Positions 46,316-57,058 of a stretch of 64,000 nucleotides of DNA are shown here, in pieces. Origin of the DNA: Armatimonadota bacterium (GTDB lineage: Bacteria > Armatimonadota > HRBIN16). Made by a program: the position numbers and the translations under genes. The stretch is taken from NCBI GenBank assembly GCA_963677485.1, contig OY781964.1, forward strand, positions 4,512,696-4,576,695. The letters run 5' to 3'. The notes below the pieces were generated by a model, which was given only the letters and a program-made list of their open reading frames with translations, was not told where the DNA came from and ran no database searches. Position 1 is the stretch's first letter; each line of letters starts with the position of its first letter.

Positions 46316-47346
46316 TGGATGTCACCACCAGATTTTTGAGACTTCTCTACATGACCACCGAAGGCGTAACGCATGGCAGACAGAACCTTATCAGCAAAGT
46401 CAGACTCTCCACGCGAGCTGAAACGATCGTATAGTGCGGCACTGATCACCGGGATAGGTACGGATTCATCAATCGCCGTTAAGACTGTCCAACGGCCTTC
46501 TCCTGAATCCGATACATGGCCTGAGTAGTTCACGAGGTTTTGGTCATCTTGGAGTGCCAGAGCTGTCAAGTCCAATAACCATGACGAGATCACACTGCCA
46601 CGACGCCATACCTCGGTGATATCGGCAAGGTTCAGGTCATATTGATAATGCTCAGGATGCCGCATGGGGGAAGTTTCAGCGTCAGAAGACTGCTGGTTCT
46701 TGCCGGCGTTCGCATGGTGTAGAATGTTCAGCCCTTCAGAATAGGCGGCCATGATGCCATATTCGATGCCGTTATGCACCATCTTCACAAAGTGACCAGC
46801 ACCGGCTGGTCCACAATGCAGGAAGCCGTGATCTGCCGTACTGCGTGCGGCATCCCGCCCCTGCGTACACAAGGCCGAATCGACACCAGGTGCCAGCGAT
46901 TCAAAGATCGGGTTGAGGCGTCGGACAGCGGTCATATCACCGCCGATCATCAGGCAGTATCCTCGTTCCATTCCCCATACACCACCACTGGTTCCTACAT
47001 CCACGTAGTGAATGCCTTTTGGTTTCAGCTCTTCGCTGCGGCGTATGTCGTCATGGTAAAAGGAGTTACCACCGTCGATGATCACATCATCTTCATCAAG
47101 ATAGGGCATGAGCTCATTGATCGTGTGGTCTACCACCGCTGCCGGAACCATGACCCACACGGCTCGTGGCTGCGTCATTTTCTGTGATAAATCTTCAAGC
47201 GAAGTCGCTCCAGTGGCTCCCTCATCCACCAGTGCCTTGACCGCCTCTGGTTGGACATCATATACGATACAGTGGTGTCCAGCGCGCAGAAGGCGTCGTA
47301 CCATACTCGATCCCATCCGGCCCAGTCCGATCATGCCGATTTCCAT
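46312..47346 (-). CDS. gnd: 6-phosphogluconate dehydrogenase, decarboxylating, short (GndA/YqeC-like) form
   Basis: MEIGMIGLGRMGSSMVRRLLRAGHHCIVYD Rossmann N-terminus. 344 aa. Its stop overlaps the zwf start by 4 nt. Confidence 0.8.
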   Translation of the reverse strand: MEIGMIGLGRMGSSMVRRLLRAGHHCIVYDVQPEAVKALVDEGATGATSLEDLSQKMTQPRAVWVMVPAAVVDHTINELMPYLDEDDVIIDGGNSFYHDDIRRSEELKPKGIHYVDVGTSGGVWGMERGYCLMIGGDMTAVRRLNPIFESLAPGVDSALCTQGRDAARSTADHGFLHCGPAGAGHFVKMVHNGIEYGIMAAYSEGLNILHHANAGKNQQSSDAETSPMRHPEHYQYDLNLADITEVWRRGSVISSWLLDLTALALQDDQNLVNYSGHVSDSGEGRWTVLTAIDESVPIPVISAALYDRFSSRGESDFADKVLSAMRYAFGGHVEKSQKSGGDIQ

Positions 47347-47610
47347 GTATAGCTCCTTCGTCCCTATGTCACACCGAATTGTTTGTGCGAAAGCCTAGGC
47401 GATATAACCAGCGATGCCGATTGCTGCACCGCATATTTGCTGTCATTCACACTGAGTATGACACACTTACTCGGAAACATTGCATGATATATGATGGATA
47501 TGCCTTTCACCATATAACGTTACCTACTAATTGTAGATGCCATTTAGTTGACTGGTATTTGCAGCACCATCTCCTGATCAACTTTTGCATGTAGATATGA
47601 GGTTTTGCCC

Positions 47611-50600
47611 TTACTCAGGTATCACCTCAATCGCATTGAACAGCCGCGCACTGGGGTCTATGCCGTCTTTTTGCGTGCAACCGATCTCCAGCACGTTCCC
47701 TTTGACTAGGATGCCCTTGAATGTTTTGATGGCCACATTCTGCACATTCTCACCGCAGAGGGCATACATATCGACGTTCTCCAGCACTTTCTGGCCGGCG
47801 ATCGTGAAGGACAGAATATTCGCACCGGTTTTCTGTGCAGGGGGATAACCTATACGCAGATAAAGCACCACCGTATATCGGCCTGGCTTCACTGTGAATT
47901 TGTAACCTGAGAGATCGTATGCCTCGGTCTCAAACAGTTTCGGATCGTCTACACCGCGCAGTGCGGAAACATCTCTCGTGACCCCGCTGCGCTTTTCGAT
48001 GTAGCCGTATCCGCCGGGTGCGAACGGACGGTCATCGGGGAAAAACAACGTGCCATTTTTCGCCGTGTAATATTGGTCAGAACCGCAGTTGATGGCGTAT
48101 CGGCTTGCTCTGACCATCGCTGCCTGCTTTGAAAGGTAGCCGGTTTCCGCGGCGGCAGCTAGTTTTGGTATCTCTCCATCGATCATCTTCGAAAACAGCA
48201 GACGGTGTGCTTCCGCGAGCCGTCCCGACGCCACAGCGTTGGTGATGGAATTAAGCCGATTGGTGAGAGCTGGGATGGCTATTCCTTTGTCCGTGAGCCT
48301 TTGAACATCCGTAGCCACCGCTTTGACTTTCGCACGATACCAGTTCGTTGTCGCGGCTTCCACATGACAGCTTATCGAAACGGGCAGCGTGCCCCGATTG
48401 ATTCGGTATGATTTGAGTTCATACGGCTTCAACTCTATCGTGAGCGTCGTCGAATTGACGTTGGTCTTTGTATTGCTTGACAGCTCGATTACACCGTCCA
48501 GCTTGCGGTTGAATGTGATGGTGGCCGTAGCGTTGGTCCATAGCCTGTTCACGGCGTAGACATAAACACCTTCCGGTGTGGTGAGATAACGAGCACAGAC
48601 CGGATCCTGCGCGCCGTGGATGTCCTTAAAGGGTTTGGCGGGCAAAGCACGAAAGGCTGCGGCAAACTCGCGTGTTTCCTCGTCGCGGCCAGCGCTGCCG
48701 AGTGGTTGTCCGCCGACCAGCATAATCGACGGGTCGGCAGTCGCAAGGTTGAACGCGAATTCCCGCAGGAAATGCCGGCCGTTCGGCTTAACGTCAGCGT
48801 TCTGAAACATCGATTTATACACATCATTGGACAGCGAGCCATTAAATGATTCGAAGTAGATGTTGTAACTAGAGGTCAGCCCAGGTTTCGATGGATGATG
48901 GAACAGCAAACCAAACGCATCACTGAACAGGAACTCGTCATCAAAGGAGTCACTGTTGTCCCAATGCTTCTTCCAGGCACCAGTATTGGTTCGCCTTAGT
49001 GGCGTCGTGACGATGTCATTTCGTTTCTCCAGCGCAGACATATCTAGACCGAATTGCTCGTAGTAGAATTTCGAAGCGTCAAGAGTTTCACTCTCAGAAG
49101 GCGTCGTCATCTTGTCTTCTGGTTGGACGATGGACACATAGGTGAGACAGCCTTTTTTCGCAGAGCTCACCACCGCAGCCACTTGATACAGGAACGAGCT
49201 GACTTTTGAAGCGCGCCAGGCAAGCCACTCTTTGCGCTTTTTGCCGGTCAGGAACGCATATCGCTCGGTGAACCGGTCCTTGCCGGTGGATGTGGCTACG
49301 TGAATGCCAGTCTCCTTTTCGAAAAGAGAGACGCTGTAGTCATCGTATCCTTGCTCAAGCGAACTGAATTGAATCGGCAGGTGCCAGATATTGAGCCCTG
49401 CGAACGCCGGACTTTTGGAGAACCGGCGCACGACCTCTTGAACGTGTTTCAAAACCATGGCTCGGACGACAGGATGAACAGGATTTGGCTGATTGACCGT
49501 CTTGCCATTACGATCCGCTATGAAATAGCCCTTCTTCTCATACTCCCTGAAGCGGTCTGAGGGGCCATTGAGCTCAGGCAGGTGGTAGAAATTCGCGATC
49601 GCGATGTACTTTTTTCCGCGGGCGGCCAGCATGTCCATCATGAGCGATGGCACACCGTATCCACCTAACAGGCTGTATCGGCTAAACGCCGAACCCGGAA
49701 GTGCATACTGCACTCCGCTGTAGCGAAGAATGGGATACGAAATTACATCCTGACCGGTGGTGTCCAGGTAGTCCACAAGCTTCTGTGTGGCGTCCACCAG
49801 ATCGGTCAGGCCTGCACCCAAAGGCAGGTCGCGGAAGGAACCGGTGAGGTAGTCGAACGACTGATCTTCATCGACATGACCGAACATACGGTGCTCTGCC
49901 GGTATATTGGTCGGTAGGCTGAGCTTCGGAAGATGATCTGGTGCCGTGAGTAACCGAACTGAGGCGACGGCTGCGTTTCGGCCCGGAGCCATCGTCCTGG
50001 CCTCAAAAAGGTAGCTGGACACCCACGGGTAGATGATATAACGGACGGTTTTCATCTCCCCACTATTTGGGTTGACGCCGCCAGCCAGAATACCGCCTTC
50101 CAACCTGTCACGGTCGTTCGCCCAGTCGCTTTTGGGATACAGGTAGAGCCCCATGTTGCGAATCTTGTCGTCCGGCCATGTGATTTCCAATACCATTGGA
50201 CGTCCGTTCCTGTATTGCTGTGGGATATCAATGGGGAACGAGAGGCGGTCCATCTTGTGTTCACCGACCTCCAGGTACGGTTCACCGCTCTTGAGTTGGC
50301 AGGCGATGACCCCACCCGAATTGAGCAGGCCGGTCGTATTCAGGTTGACGGGGATGGCAGCAACCAGCGACTCCTTCACGGCTTTTGTGGACACACCAGG
50401 GGATATCTGGGAGTAAGCCATGATAGGGAATGACCTCACGTTGACAATGCCGCCAATGGAAGTGGTGCATGTGAGCCGGTAGTTACCCGCAGGCAGTGAG
50501 CTGATCGGCAGATCCATGGCTTCGAATTTCTTCTGTATGGCAATGGGCTTGGTCAGGGATATGAGTGGTTTCGAAGCATTGTCAGCCTGGAGGGTCATCT

Positions 50601-52092
50601 TGACAGTGCCGGTCACTGTGGATTTGGCCATACCAGGAGAACAGGGGAGCTCTCCTGCCGGATGCAACTCAACTGTGAGCTGCTCCTTCTTGTTTGCTGG
50701 GATGAGTGTTCTTTCGACTACGATATCTACTGGCATTCCGCGGCGATACGCGGCCACCACTTCGTCCACTGACACGGGATGTGATGCGACTGTTACTTCA
50801 TCTAGCGTGCAATCTCGGGGTGCATTGTCCAGACTGCCAACCACGATAGAATCTGCGTCTGATAGATCAAATGCATTAGGTTTCATCGACGACCTTGGTT
50901 CCGGCGAACCTGAGCCGTTCGTGCTGAAAGCCATCGATATATCGGTTGGGGAGTATAGCATCCCGTCGAGATAGAGCTTACTCATACCGTTAGGGTCCAC
51001 AACCAGAGCCACATGATGCCAGTCGCCGCGACCTAACGAACCCACGGCCCGATTCTCAAAATAGAATAGTGAGTCGGTATAGCGGTCCTTGACCTCAGCA
51101 CGGACGCTCCAGTCGTTCAGACTGAGGCGGATGATGGGTTGACCCTTGCTGTCCAGCACGCTCAGAATGTCGCCCAGTCTTTTGCCCTTTGGTGCCCAGT
51201 AATCAAAGTCTGGTTTGATCCAAAACATCACACCGGCACCCTTTGATAGCATCCCCTTCGCAGGATAACGCGGTGACTGATTCTGTTCTGCTGAGGAAAG
51301 AGCTCCAAGGTACAGCCCTCGTCCTTTTAGCCCAGTCCCACTGTGGATGGTCGGTGGATTAGTTTTTATATCATTGTTATCAAACGTTAAGTGCAGTTCA
51401 TCGTGCATTTTCTTTACTCCAGTCGGACTACTATTTTGTGAAATGGTCTCATTCGGAATCAGCGGTGTGACGGTGATATTATCTAACTCAATGTCAAGGT
51501 TGTAGGAATAGATGCTCAGCGAGCCGCTCCGTGGAGCAACTTCATTTATAGTCGAGACAAACTGGTTGTTGGCATAAATGTGTATAAGTGGGCCAATGCA
51601 GACATAGCGGAAGTGTATGAACTTAGCTTCAGCTCCCACCGTTGGTGCCTCCGGTAAAGAACCAGTTCCAATATTCCGACCGGCCTCATTCGGTACTGTT
51701 TCGAGGTATCCTAAGGCACCGGATGGCCAGCAGTAGAGCTTCCCGCTAGATTGCTTGCCCTCAATGGAGGAGGAGCGAAGGTCGACACCATAATGGCCGG
51801 AGCCATTCACTTTCACAATCCGCGCATCGTAGTCAAGTGTGAAATCTGATATCTCTTTACAAAGGCTAAGAGAAACCACCCCGATGTTGTTGCTGGCAGA
51901 TTTCAGTATTCCGCCTTCCACCCGCCATTGTGCTGGGTCCATTCCCATGTGTTGGATGGCGGTAGTTGAGTCTTCAAAAGTCTCCGATAATACTGGGTTT
52001 GCGGGAGCAGCCTGTAATTGCATGCATACCGCTAAAGATGCCAGAAACATCAGTGTCCATGCGGATTTCAGCTTATAGGATAAGTGCTTCAT
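47611..52092 (-). CDS. Giant secreted multidomain carbohydrate-active protein (~1490 aa): DUF1080/ConA-like module, LamG-like module, central region of unknown function, C-terminal malectin-like domain
   Basis: Signal MKHLSYKLKSAWTLMFLASLAVCMQLQA. LamG-like DWHHVALVVDPNGMSKLYLDGMLY. Malectin-like YAINCGSDQYYTAKNGTLFFPDDRPF near the C-terminus. Confidence 0.55.
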   Translation of the reverse strand: MKHLSYKLKSAWTLMFLASLAVCMQLQAAPANPVLSETFEDSTTAIQHMGMDPAQWRVEGGILKSASNNIGVVSLSLCKEISDFTLDYDARIVKVNGSGHYGVDLRSSSIEGKQSSGKLYCWPSGALGYLETVPNEAGRNIGTGSLPEAPTVGAEAKFIHFRYVCIGPLIHIYANNQFVSTINEVAPRSGSLSIYSYNLDIELDNITVTPLIPNETISQNSSPTGVKKMHDELHLTFDNNDIKTNPPTIHSGTGLKGRGLYLGALSSAEQNQSPRYPAKGMLSKGAGVMFWIKPDFDYWAPKGKRLGDILSVLDSKGQPIIRLSLNDWSVRAEVKDRYTDSLFYFENRAVGSLGRGDWHHVALVVDPNGMSKLYLDGMLYSPTDISMAFSTNGSGSPEPRSSMKPNAFDLSDADSIVVGSLDNAPRDCTLDEVTVASHPVSVDEVVAAYRRGMPVDIVVERTLIPANKKEQLTVELHPAGELPCSPGMAKSTVTGTVKMTLQADNASKPLISLTKPIAIQKKFEAMDLPISSLPAGNYRLTCTTSIGGIVNVRSFPIMAYSQISPGVSTKAVKESLVAAIPVNLNTTGLLNSGGVIACQLKSGEPYLEVGEHKMDRLSFPIDIPQQYRNGRPMVLEITWPDDKIRNMGLYLYPKSDWANDRDRLEGGILAGGVNPNSGEMKTVRYIIYPWVSSYLFEARTMAPGRNAAVASVRLLTAPDHLPKLSLPTNIPAEHRMFGHVDEDQSFDYLTGSFRDLPLGAGLTDLVDATQKLVDYLDTTGQDVISYPILRYSGVQYALPGSAFSRYSLLGGYGVPSLMMDMLAARGKKYIAIANFYHLPELNGPSDRFREYEKKGYFIADRNGKTVNQPNPVHPVVRAMVLKHVQEVVRRFSKSPAFAGLNIWHLPIQFSSLEQGYDDYSVSLFEKETGIHVATSTGKDRFTERYAFLTGKKRKEWLAWRASKVSSFLYQVAAVVSSAKKGCLTYVSIVQPEDKMTTPSESETLDASKFYYEQFGLDMSALEKRNDIVTTPLRRTNTGAWKKHWDNSDSFDDEFLFSDAFGLLFHHPSKPGLTSSYNIYFESFNGSLSNDVYKSMFQNADVKPNGRHFLREFAFNLATADPSIMLVGGQPLGSAGRDEETREFAAAFRALPAKPFKDIHGAQDPVCARYLTTPEGVYVYAVNRLWTNATATITFNRKLDGVIELSSNTKTNVNSTTLTIELKPYELKSYRINRGTLPVSISCHVEAATTNWYRAKVKAVATDVQRLTDKGIAIPALTNRLNSITNAVASGRLAEAHRLLFSKMIDGEIPKLAAAAETGYLSKQAAMVRASRYAINCGSDQYYTAKNGTLFFPDDRPFAPGGYGYIEKRSGVTRDVSALRGVDDPKLFETEAYDLSGYKFTVKPGRYTVVLYLRIGYPPAQKTGANILSFTIAGQKVLENVDMYALCGENVQNVAIKTFKGILVKGNVLEIGCTQKDGIDPSARLFNAIEVIPE

Positions 52093-52187
52093 CGGATTCC
52101 TCTGTAGTATAGAATACGTCGTGATTGTCACCGGATATGAAATCACTCTTCAGCTAATGCCATTGTATCTGAGCGGAATAACTTCGA

Positions 52188-54902
52188 CTATAGCTCAGCC
52201 ACCGAATTGATCAGCACGTTGTCTAGCTTGCCTGCGAACATATGACCCGATCCATCGCCACCTATGTATATGCGCAGGTTGCCATACTCTCTGGCGGGAT
52301 TACCCGATGCGGTGGTGGGTCGACTGTTGTTGACCGATATTTGAACTCGCTGTTCATCGAATTTCACCTCAACATGAGACCATACCCCCACGGGTAACGG
52401 CGCATCGCTCGTAGCCAATATGTTGAATTTCGATGATTCAACAGACTTGGACATTTCCCGCCCGGCTTGAATTCTACCATCAGCCATGATGCGCAGCACG
52501 GGGCAAGATTGCCACCCCGTGTGGCTGATGATGGATTGTTCTTGTCCGACTGCGGTTGGAAAGATATCCATGTTGATGGTGAAAGCTCCGATGGGGAACT
52601 GGCGAATCGGGATTTCTGCAATGTCATCAATACCGTCAAATTGAACACAGAAGCCAGGACGATCTAGACGTGGAACAACAGCCGGTGTGCGCGTTTGATC
52701 CTGTGCGTAATTCGGCACATTTACACCACTACCTGGATGCAGGGCGTTCCTACCTGCGGTGTCAGCCCACGGGTCACGACCATCAAATGTCCATTTCATC
52801 TGCTGCACCATCGCCGGATGCACTTTCACCTTCACGGTTTTAGGTGTGGTGAACGGTGGCTTGGTAAAGTATGCGTCATACCCGCCGCCGCCAACGGCCC
52901 CTCCGTCCAGCGTTTCTGCAGTTTGCAGAAGGGTAGTGGGTACCAAGGCTAAGTCGGTGCTGAATGGTGCAACCGTGTTCGAGAAGAAGAAACGTCCGTC
53001 CACCGTCTCGCATCGGACGCTGAACAGGTCATTTGTGAACATGTTGCCCACATACCACCGGCCATTCAGGTTCGCTTTTAATAAGTTGAGGCTTGGAGCC
53101 GTGACAGAGGTGCTGTCAACCTCTGAAATGAAGAGACGACAGGTCGGCTGACCATTTGCTGCGAATAGCTCCACAGCTCCCTGCTTCAGTTTCGCCAGAA
53201 CGACTATCTGCGGAATACCACCATCAACTGTTATTCTAAGTGCCATGTTGTCATGATCCATCAGCTCAGCAGCCAGGTATCGGTAGCGGCCAAAACGAAC
53301 CGATAAGGATGTCGGTGACCACTTCAGCTCGGGTTTTGTGATTGAATCTAAGGCATAATAGGCGTTCAGAAACTCACCGCCAGATGCGGTGATTTGTAGT
53401 TGTGTGTCCTGAATGTGAGTAAAACCAAGCTGATACCTCGTCCCTACTTGGCTGTTCACACCGAATGATCCGATAGGCCGGTCGTTACCATAGAGTGTGG
53501 CACTGCGCAGTTTGACTGGGGAGTTGACCGATACAGAAGCCAGAATGGCGTCTGATGATACCTTCGTCACTGTAAGTTTGGCTTGTCCATCTGACATCTC
53601 ATGAACAGGCACTCGTATGCTTGATTTGTTGGCAATCCAGCCTGTCCGCAACACAAATAACGGGAGTCGTCTTGAATATCGGCTGCTGCCTGACTGCACG
53701 TGCAATACTGGTTCCACGACCGGGGTTTGAGCAAATGCTGCGGTGGGTATGGCCCAATCAAGCCGTTCCGCTTTGGTTCCTGAGAAGGTGCGGGAGGGCA
53801 TCGTCATTAACGTCTTGCCGGTCATAGAACGCAGCTCGAGGCGAACCGTGACCGATTTGGCGATGCTGGGAAGGGAGATGAGTTCTATGCGTTGCACGGT
53901 GCCGATGATCTGCTCACGCTGATAAGCCAGATACAAGCGCGGCTTACTTGCTGGTTTATCGGTACCCTTCCAGCGCGATATCCACTGTTTTGTGAGTTCA
54001 GGATAGGCATGGAATTGGTAGGTCATCGGCTGAAGCGGGGTTTCGTCAAGGTCGTTCCATGTCGTCAAATGGATCCAGTTCGCCTGTTCTTTTTTGGCTT
54101 CCTCAAGGTTGTTCCAGAACTGGTCAAACCCGCGGAATCCGCTGTAGTAGTCGTTACGTCCAGAGAAAGGCCACGATCCGATGTATCCCGGCCCAAGACC
54201 TGCCATCCAGCGGCCCGATGTAGTCAGGACGGCTCCTTTACGCAGAATAGGATAGTGCGTAGACGCTTCAGAAGGGGTCCTATCGAGTGCGTTGAAACAA
54301 TAAAGCATATCGAAACAACCGGGGTAATCCTCCGGGGATTGGACATCAGCCACCAGGAATATCTCTAAACCCCGTTTTAATAACTCCTGTCTGAACGACT
54401 TCCAGTAGTCTGCCGGTCTACGGTCACCAGCATAGGTTGCTAATAGCGGCTTATCATCGATGCGAGCCAGGTTGGGCTTCTTTTCAGCCTGTTTTAGGAA
54501 GACCGCAACTTTTTCGGCGAGCGCCGGCGTGGGATCATCAAAGCCGTCAAGGCAGACCGACACCATGAAGGGGGTACCCGACGCAGCATCAAGCAGTTGA
54601 AGCGTCTGCTCAAGGAATACCGAGCCATCTACCAGGTCAACAAGGAAGCCATCGATACCCATGTTGATCGCGGCGTCTATCTCCTGGCGATAATCCATCC
54701 GTTGGTCTCCAGTAGGGTGAGCCAGAGGGAAGTCATAGTAGTTGGTTATCGCACTCGGTGTTCTATTCCAGTCAAACCATGCGACATAATGGCACCAAAC
54801 AAGCCGGTCGTTCACCGACACAGGCCTCGCTTGTGAGACTGCTGTGAGCAGAAGGCACAAGATGATGAAAACTAGGCCATTTCTCCAGCGGATTCCCTTC
54901 AT
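52188..54902 (-). CDS. Secreted GH71/GH99-like (alpha-glucanase / endo-alpha-mannosidase fold) glycoside hydrolase with a C-terminal LamG/ConA-like domain
   Basis: Signal MKGIRWRNGLVFIILCLLLTAVSQA. LVWCHYVAWFDW...EIDAAINMGIDGFLVDLV resembles the GH71/GH99 N-terminal barrel. C-terminal VWSHVEVKFDEQRVQISVNNS is LamG-like. Confidence 0.5.
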   Translation of the reverse strand: MKGIRWRNGLVFIILCLLLTAVSQARPVSVNDRLVWCHYVAWFDWNRTPSAITNYYDFPLAHPTGDQRMDYRQEIDAAINMGIDGFLVDLVDGSVFLEQTLQLLDAASGTPFMVSVCLDGFDDPTPALAEKVAVFLKQAEKKPNLARIDDKPLLATYAGDRRPADYWKSFRQELLKRGLEIFLVADVQSPEDYPGCFDMLYCFNALDRTPSEASTHYPILRKGAVLTTSGRWMAGLGPGYIGSWPFSGRNDYYSGFRGFDQFWNNLEEAKKEQANWIHLTTWNDLDETPLQPMTYQFHAYPELTKQWISRWKGTDKPASKPRLYLAYQREQIIGTVQRIELISLPSIAKSVTVRLELRSMTGKTLMTMPSRTFSGTKAERLDWAIPTAAFAQTPVVEPVLHVQSGSSRYSRRLPLFVLRTGWIANKSSIRVPVHEMSDGQAKLTVTKVSSDAILASVSVNSPVKLRSATLYGNDRPIGSFGVNSQVGTRYQLGFTHIQDTQLQITASGGEFLNAYYALDSITKPELKWSPTSLSVRFGRYRYLAAELMDHDNMALRITVDGGIPQIVVLAKLKQGAVELFAANGQPTCRLFISEVDSTSVTAPSLNLLKANLNGRWYVGNMFTNDLFSVRCETVDGRFFFSNTVAPFSTDLALVPTTLLQTAETLDGGAVGGGGYDAYFTKPPFTTPKTVKVKVHPAMVQQMKWTFDGRDPWADTAGRNALHPGSGVNVPNYAQDQTRTPAVVPRLDRPGFCVQFDGIDDIAEIPIRQFPIGAFTINMDIFPTAVGQEQSIISHTGWQSCPVLRIMADGRIQAGREMSKSVESSKFNILATSDAPLPVGVWSHVEVKFDEQRVQISVNNSRPTTASGNPAREYGNLRIYIGGDGSGHMFAGKLDNVLINSVAEL

Positions 54903-55066
54903 ACAGCTCCTCGATATTCATTAGTTATTTAGTATGATATCAAGAAGTAGCATTACTCTCTGCAGATGCTGTATAAAATATCATAACCCTTGCGGCTTTT
55001 AACGCAGCATGGGGCACTTACGGTCGAATGCGTTAGAATATCACATAGAACACTCCGCATGACTTT

Positions 55067-56098
55067 TTGGAGACAGACTTGGTTAATTCATCGAAATGGA
55101 AACAGATCGGGTTCAAAACCCTAAAACTTCTGGGCGATGCCCGTGGGGTGGCTGCACTCATTGCTGTATTTTTGTTGGGTGCGATCTTCAGCCCCAAAGC
55201 GGTAGACGGCTTCCCGATATTTCTTAAGCTAAACACTCAGTTCGATATTTTGTTCGAGTATGCCGAATATGGCATACTGGCGACAGGCATGACATTGGTG
55301 ATTCTGACCGGGGGAATAGACCTTTCGGTTGGGTCAGTGCTTGGTTTTTCGGCGGTTATGTTTTCGTTGCTCACAGTGGGATATGGTTGGAGCCCGCTCG
55401 CGGCCACTGGGGTGACGCTTTTGTCTGGCGCCTGTGTGGGGTTTGTGAATGGCACGCTGGTTTCCCGCTTCAAAATGCAGCCATTTGTAGCCACATTGGC
55501 CATGATGGTCGCAGCCAGAGGAATGGCCAAGTGGTTGTCTGGCGGTATCAAGGTGCAGCCCGGTGCCAAAGAGTGGTATGCGGTTCAGACCGGCACCCCG
55601 GCGTTTCAAAGCTGGATGACTACCAAACTGCCCTATATCGGCCTGCAGCCCACGACATTGATCTTCTTGCTGGTGATACTTGTGATGATTGTGGTGGTGC
55701 GCTACACACGGTTTGGCCGATATCTGTATGCCATCGGGGGCAATGAAGAGGCCACTCGGCTTTCGGGCATCAAGGTTCAGTCTGTCAAGACATGGGCATA
55801 TGTGATATGCGGCATGATGGCGGCATTGGGCGGTATTTCCAACTCATCCCGACTGGAGCTGGGCGACCCAGAGGCCGGTTTCACGTATGAGTTAGACGCA
55901 GTGGCTGCGGTCGTGATTGGCGGAAGCAGTCTGCTTGGCGGACGGGGAGGCATGTTGTTTACGCTGATCGGTGTGCTGATCGTGGGGTATATCAATAAGA
56001 TTCTGAGTATCAACAACGTCGATGAATCGGTCCGATTGATGGCGAAAGGTCTCATCATCGTAGGCGCGGTTCTCATACAACAACGCAAGAGCGACTGA
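55067..56098 (+). CDS. Sugar ABC transporter permease (RbsC/AraH-like). TTG start is uncertain.
   Basis: Multiple TM helices. GVLIVGYINKILSINNVDESVRLMAKGLIIVGAVLIQQRK is a typical RbsC-family C-terminus. Confidence 0.75.
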   Translation: METDLVNSSKWKQIGFKTLKLLGDARGVAALIAVFLLGAIFSPKAVDGFPIFLKLNTQFDILFEYAEYGILATGMTLVILTGGIDLSVGSVLGFSAVMFSLLTVGYGWSPLAATGVTLLSGACVGFVNGTLVSRFKMQPFVATLAMMVAARGMAKWLSGGIKVQPGAKEWYAVQTGTPAFQSWMTTKLPYIGLQPTTLIFLLVILVMIVVVRYTRFGRYLYAIGGNEEATRLSGIKVQSVKTWAYVICGMMAALGGISNSSRLELGDPEAGFTYELDAVAAVVIGGSSLLGGRGGMLFTLIGVLIVGYINKILSINNVDESVRLMAKGLIIVGAVLIQQRKSD

Positions 56099-56117
56099 AT
56101 TACCAGGAGGCTATCTT

Positions 56118-57047
56118 ATGGTTTCTAGAAAATCAATCGTGCTGATCGTTGCTGCGTTCGCAGCATTGACAGTGAGCGGCTGTTCTAACAAGCCGCAAAC
56201 CTCAGCTAAGGGTACACCTGAAAACCCCTACGTGATAGGTATGAGCCAATGCAACCTTGGCGAACCGTGGCGTGTGCAGATGAACGCAGACCTGAAGGCT
56301 GCTGCTGCCAAACGACCTGAGATCAAGATGCTGTTCAAAGATGCTCAGAACGACACGCCTACTCAACAGAGCCAGGTCCGCGAGTTTATCGCTCAAGGTG
56401 TCGATCTGTTGATTATCAGCCCGAAGGAATCGCGTCCCTTGACAAAACCTGTGGCTGAAGCGATGGACGCGGGCATCCCCGTGATCGTACTCGACCGCCG
56501 CGTGGAAGGTGACAAGTTCACCACTTTCATCGGTGGAGACAACATCGAAATCGGGCGTGAAGTGGGCAAGCACTTAGTGAAGGTGCTGAACGGCAAGGGC
56601 AACGTCGTCATGCTTCGTGGTCTCAGTACCACCAGCGGTGGCATCGAGCGCACGGACGGCTTCAAAGAGGGCATTAAGGGTTCGAGCTTGAAAGTGATCT
56701 TCGATGCAGACTGCAAGTGGCTGGAGCCAAATGCCCAGGCTGAGATGAAGTCCGCTTTGTCTCGATATCCTCAGATTGATGCGGTATACGGCCAGAACGA
56801 CCCCATGGCGCATGGTGCCTATCTTGCTGCTAAGCAAGAGGGCAAAGGCCGTGAGAAGACGATCAAGTTTGTCGGCGTCGATGGCCTTCCTCATGAGGGT
56901 GCATCCTATGTCAAACAGGGTATCCTGTCTGCCACTTTCGTCTACCAGACCGGTGGGGAAGAGGCGATCGTGAATGCTCTGAAGATACTCAAAAAGGAGA
57001 CCGTCGCGAAAGAGCAGATCCTTAAGACGAAAGCGATCACCAAGTAG
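56118..57047 (+). CDS. Sugar-binding lipoprotein (periplasmic-binding-protein type I, RbsB-like) of the ABC transporter
   Basis: Lipobox LTVSGCS. DLLIISPKESRPL, VIVLDR and DAVYGQNDPMAHGAYLAAKQEG motifs of the RbsB family. Confidence 0.8.
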   Translation: MVSRKSIVLIVAAFAALTVSGCSNKPQTSAKGTPENPYVIGMSQCNLGEPWRVQMNADLKAAAAKRPEIKMLFKDAQNDTPTQQSQVREFIAQGVDLLIISPKESRPLTKPVAEAMDAGIPVIVLDRRVEGDKFTTFIGGDNIEIGREVGKHLVKVLNGKGNVVMLRGLSTTSGGIERTDGFKEGIKGSSLKVIFDADCKWLEPNAQAEMKSALSRYPQIDAVYGQNDPMAHGAYLAAKQEGKGREKTIKFVGVDGLPHEGASYVKQGILSATFVYQTGGEEAIVNALKILKKETVAKEQILKTKAITK

Positions 57048-57058
57048 GGAGCTATATC

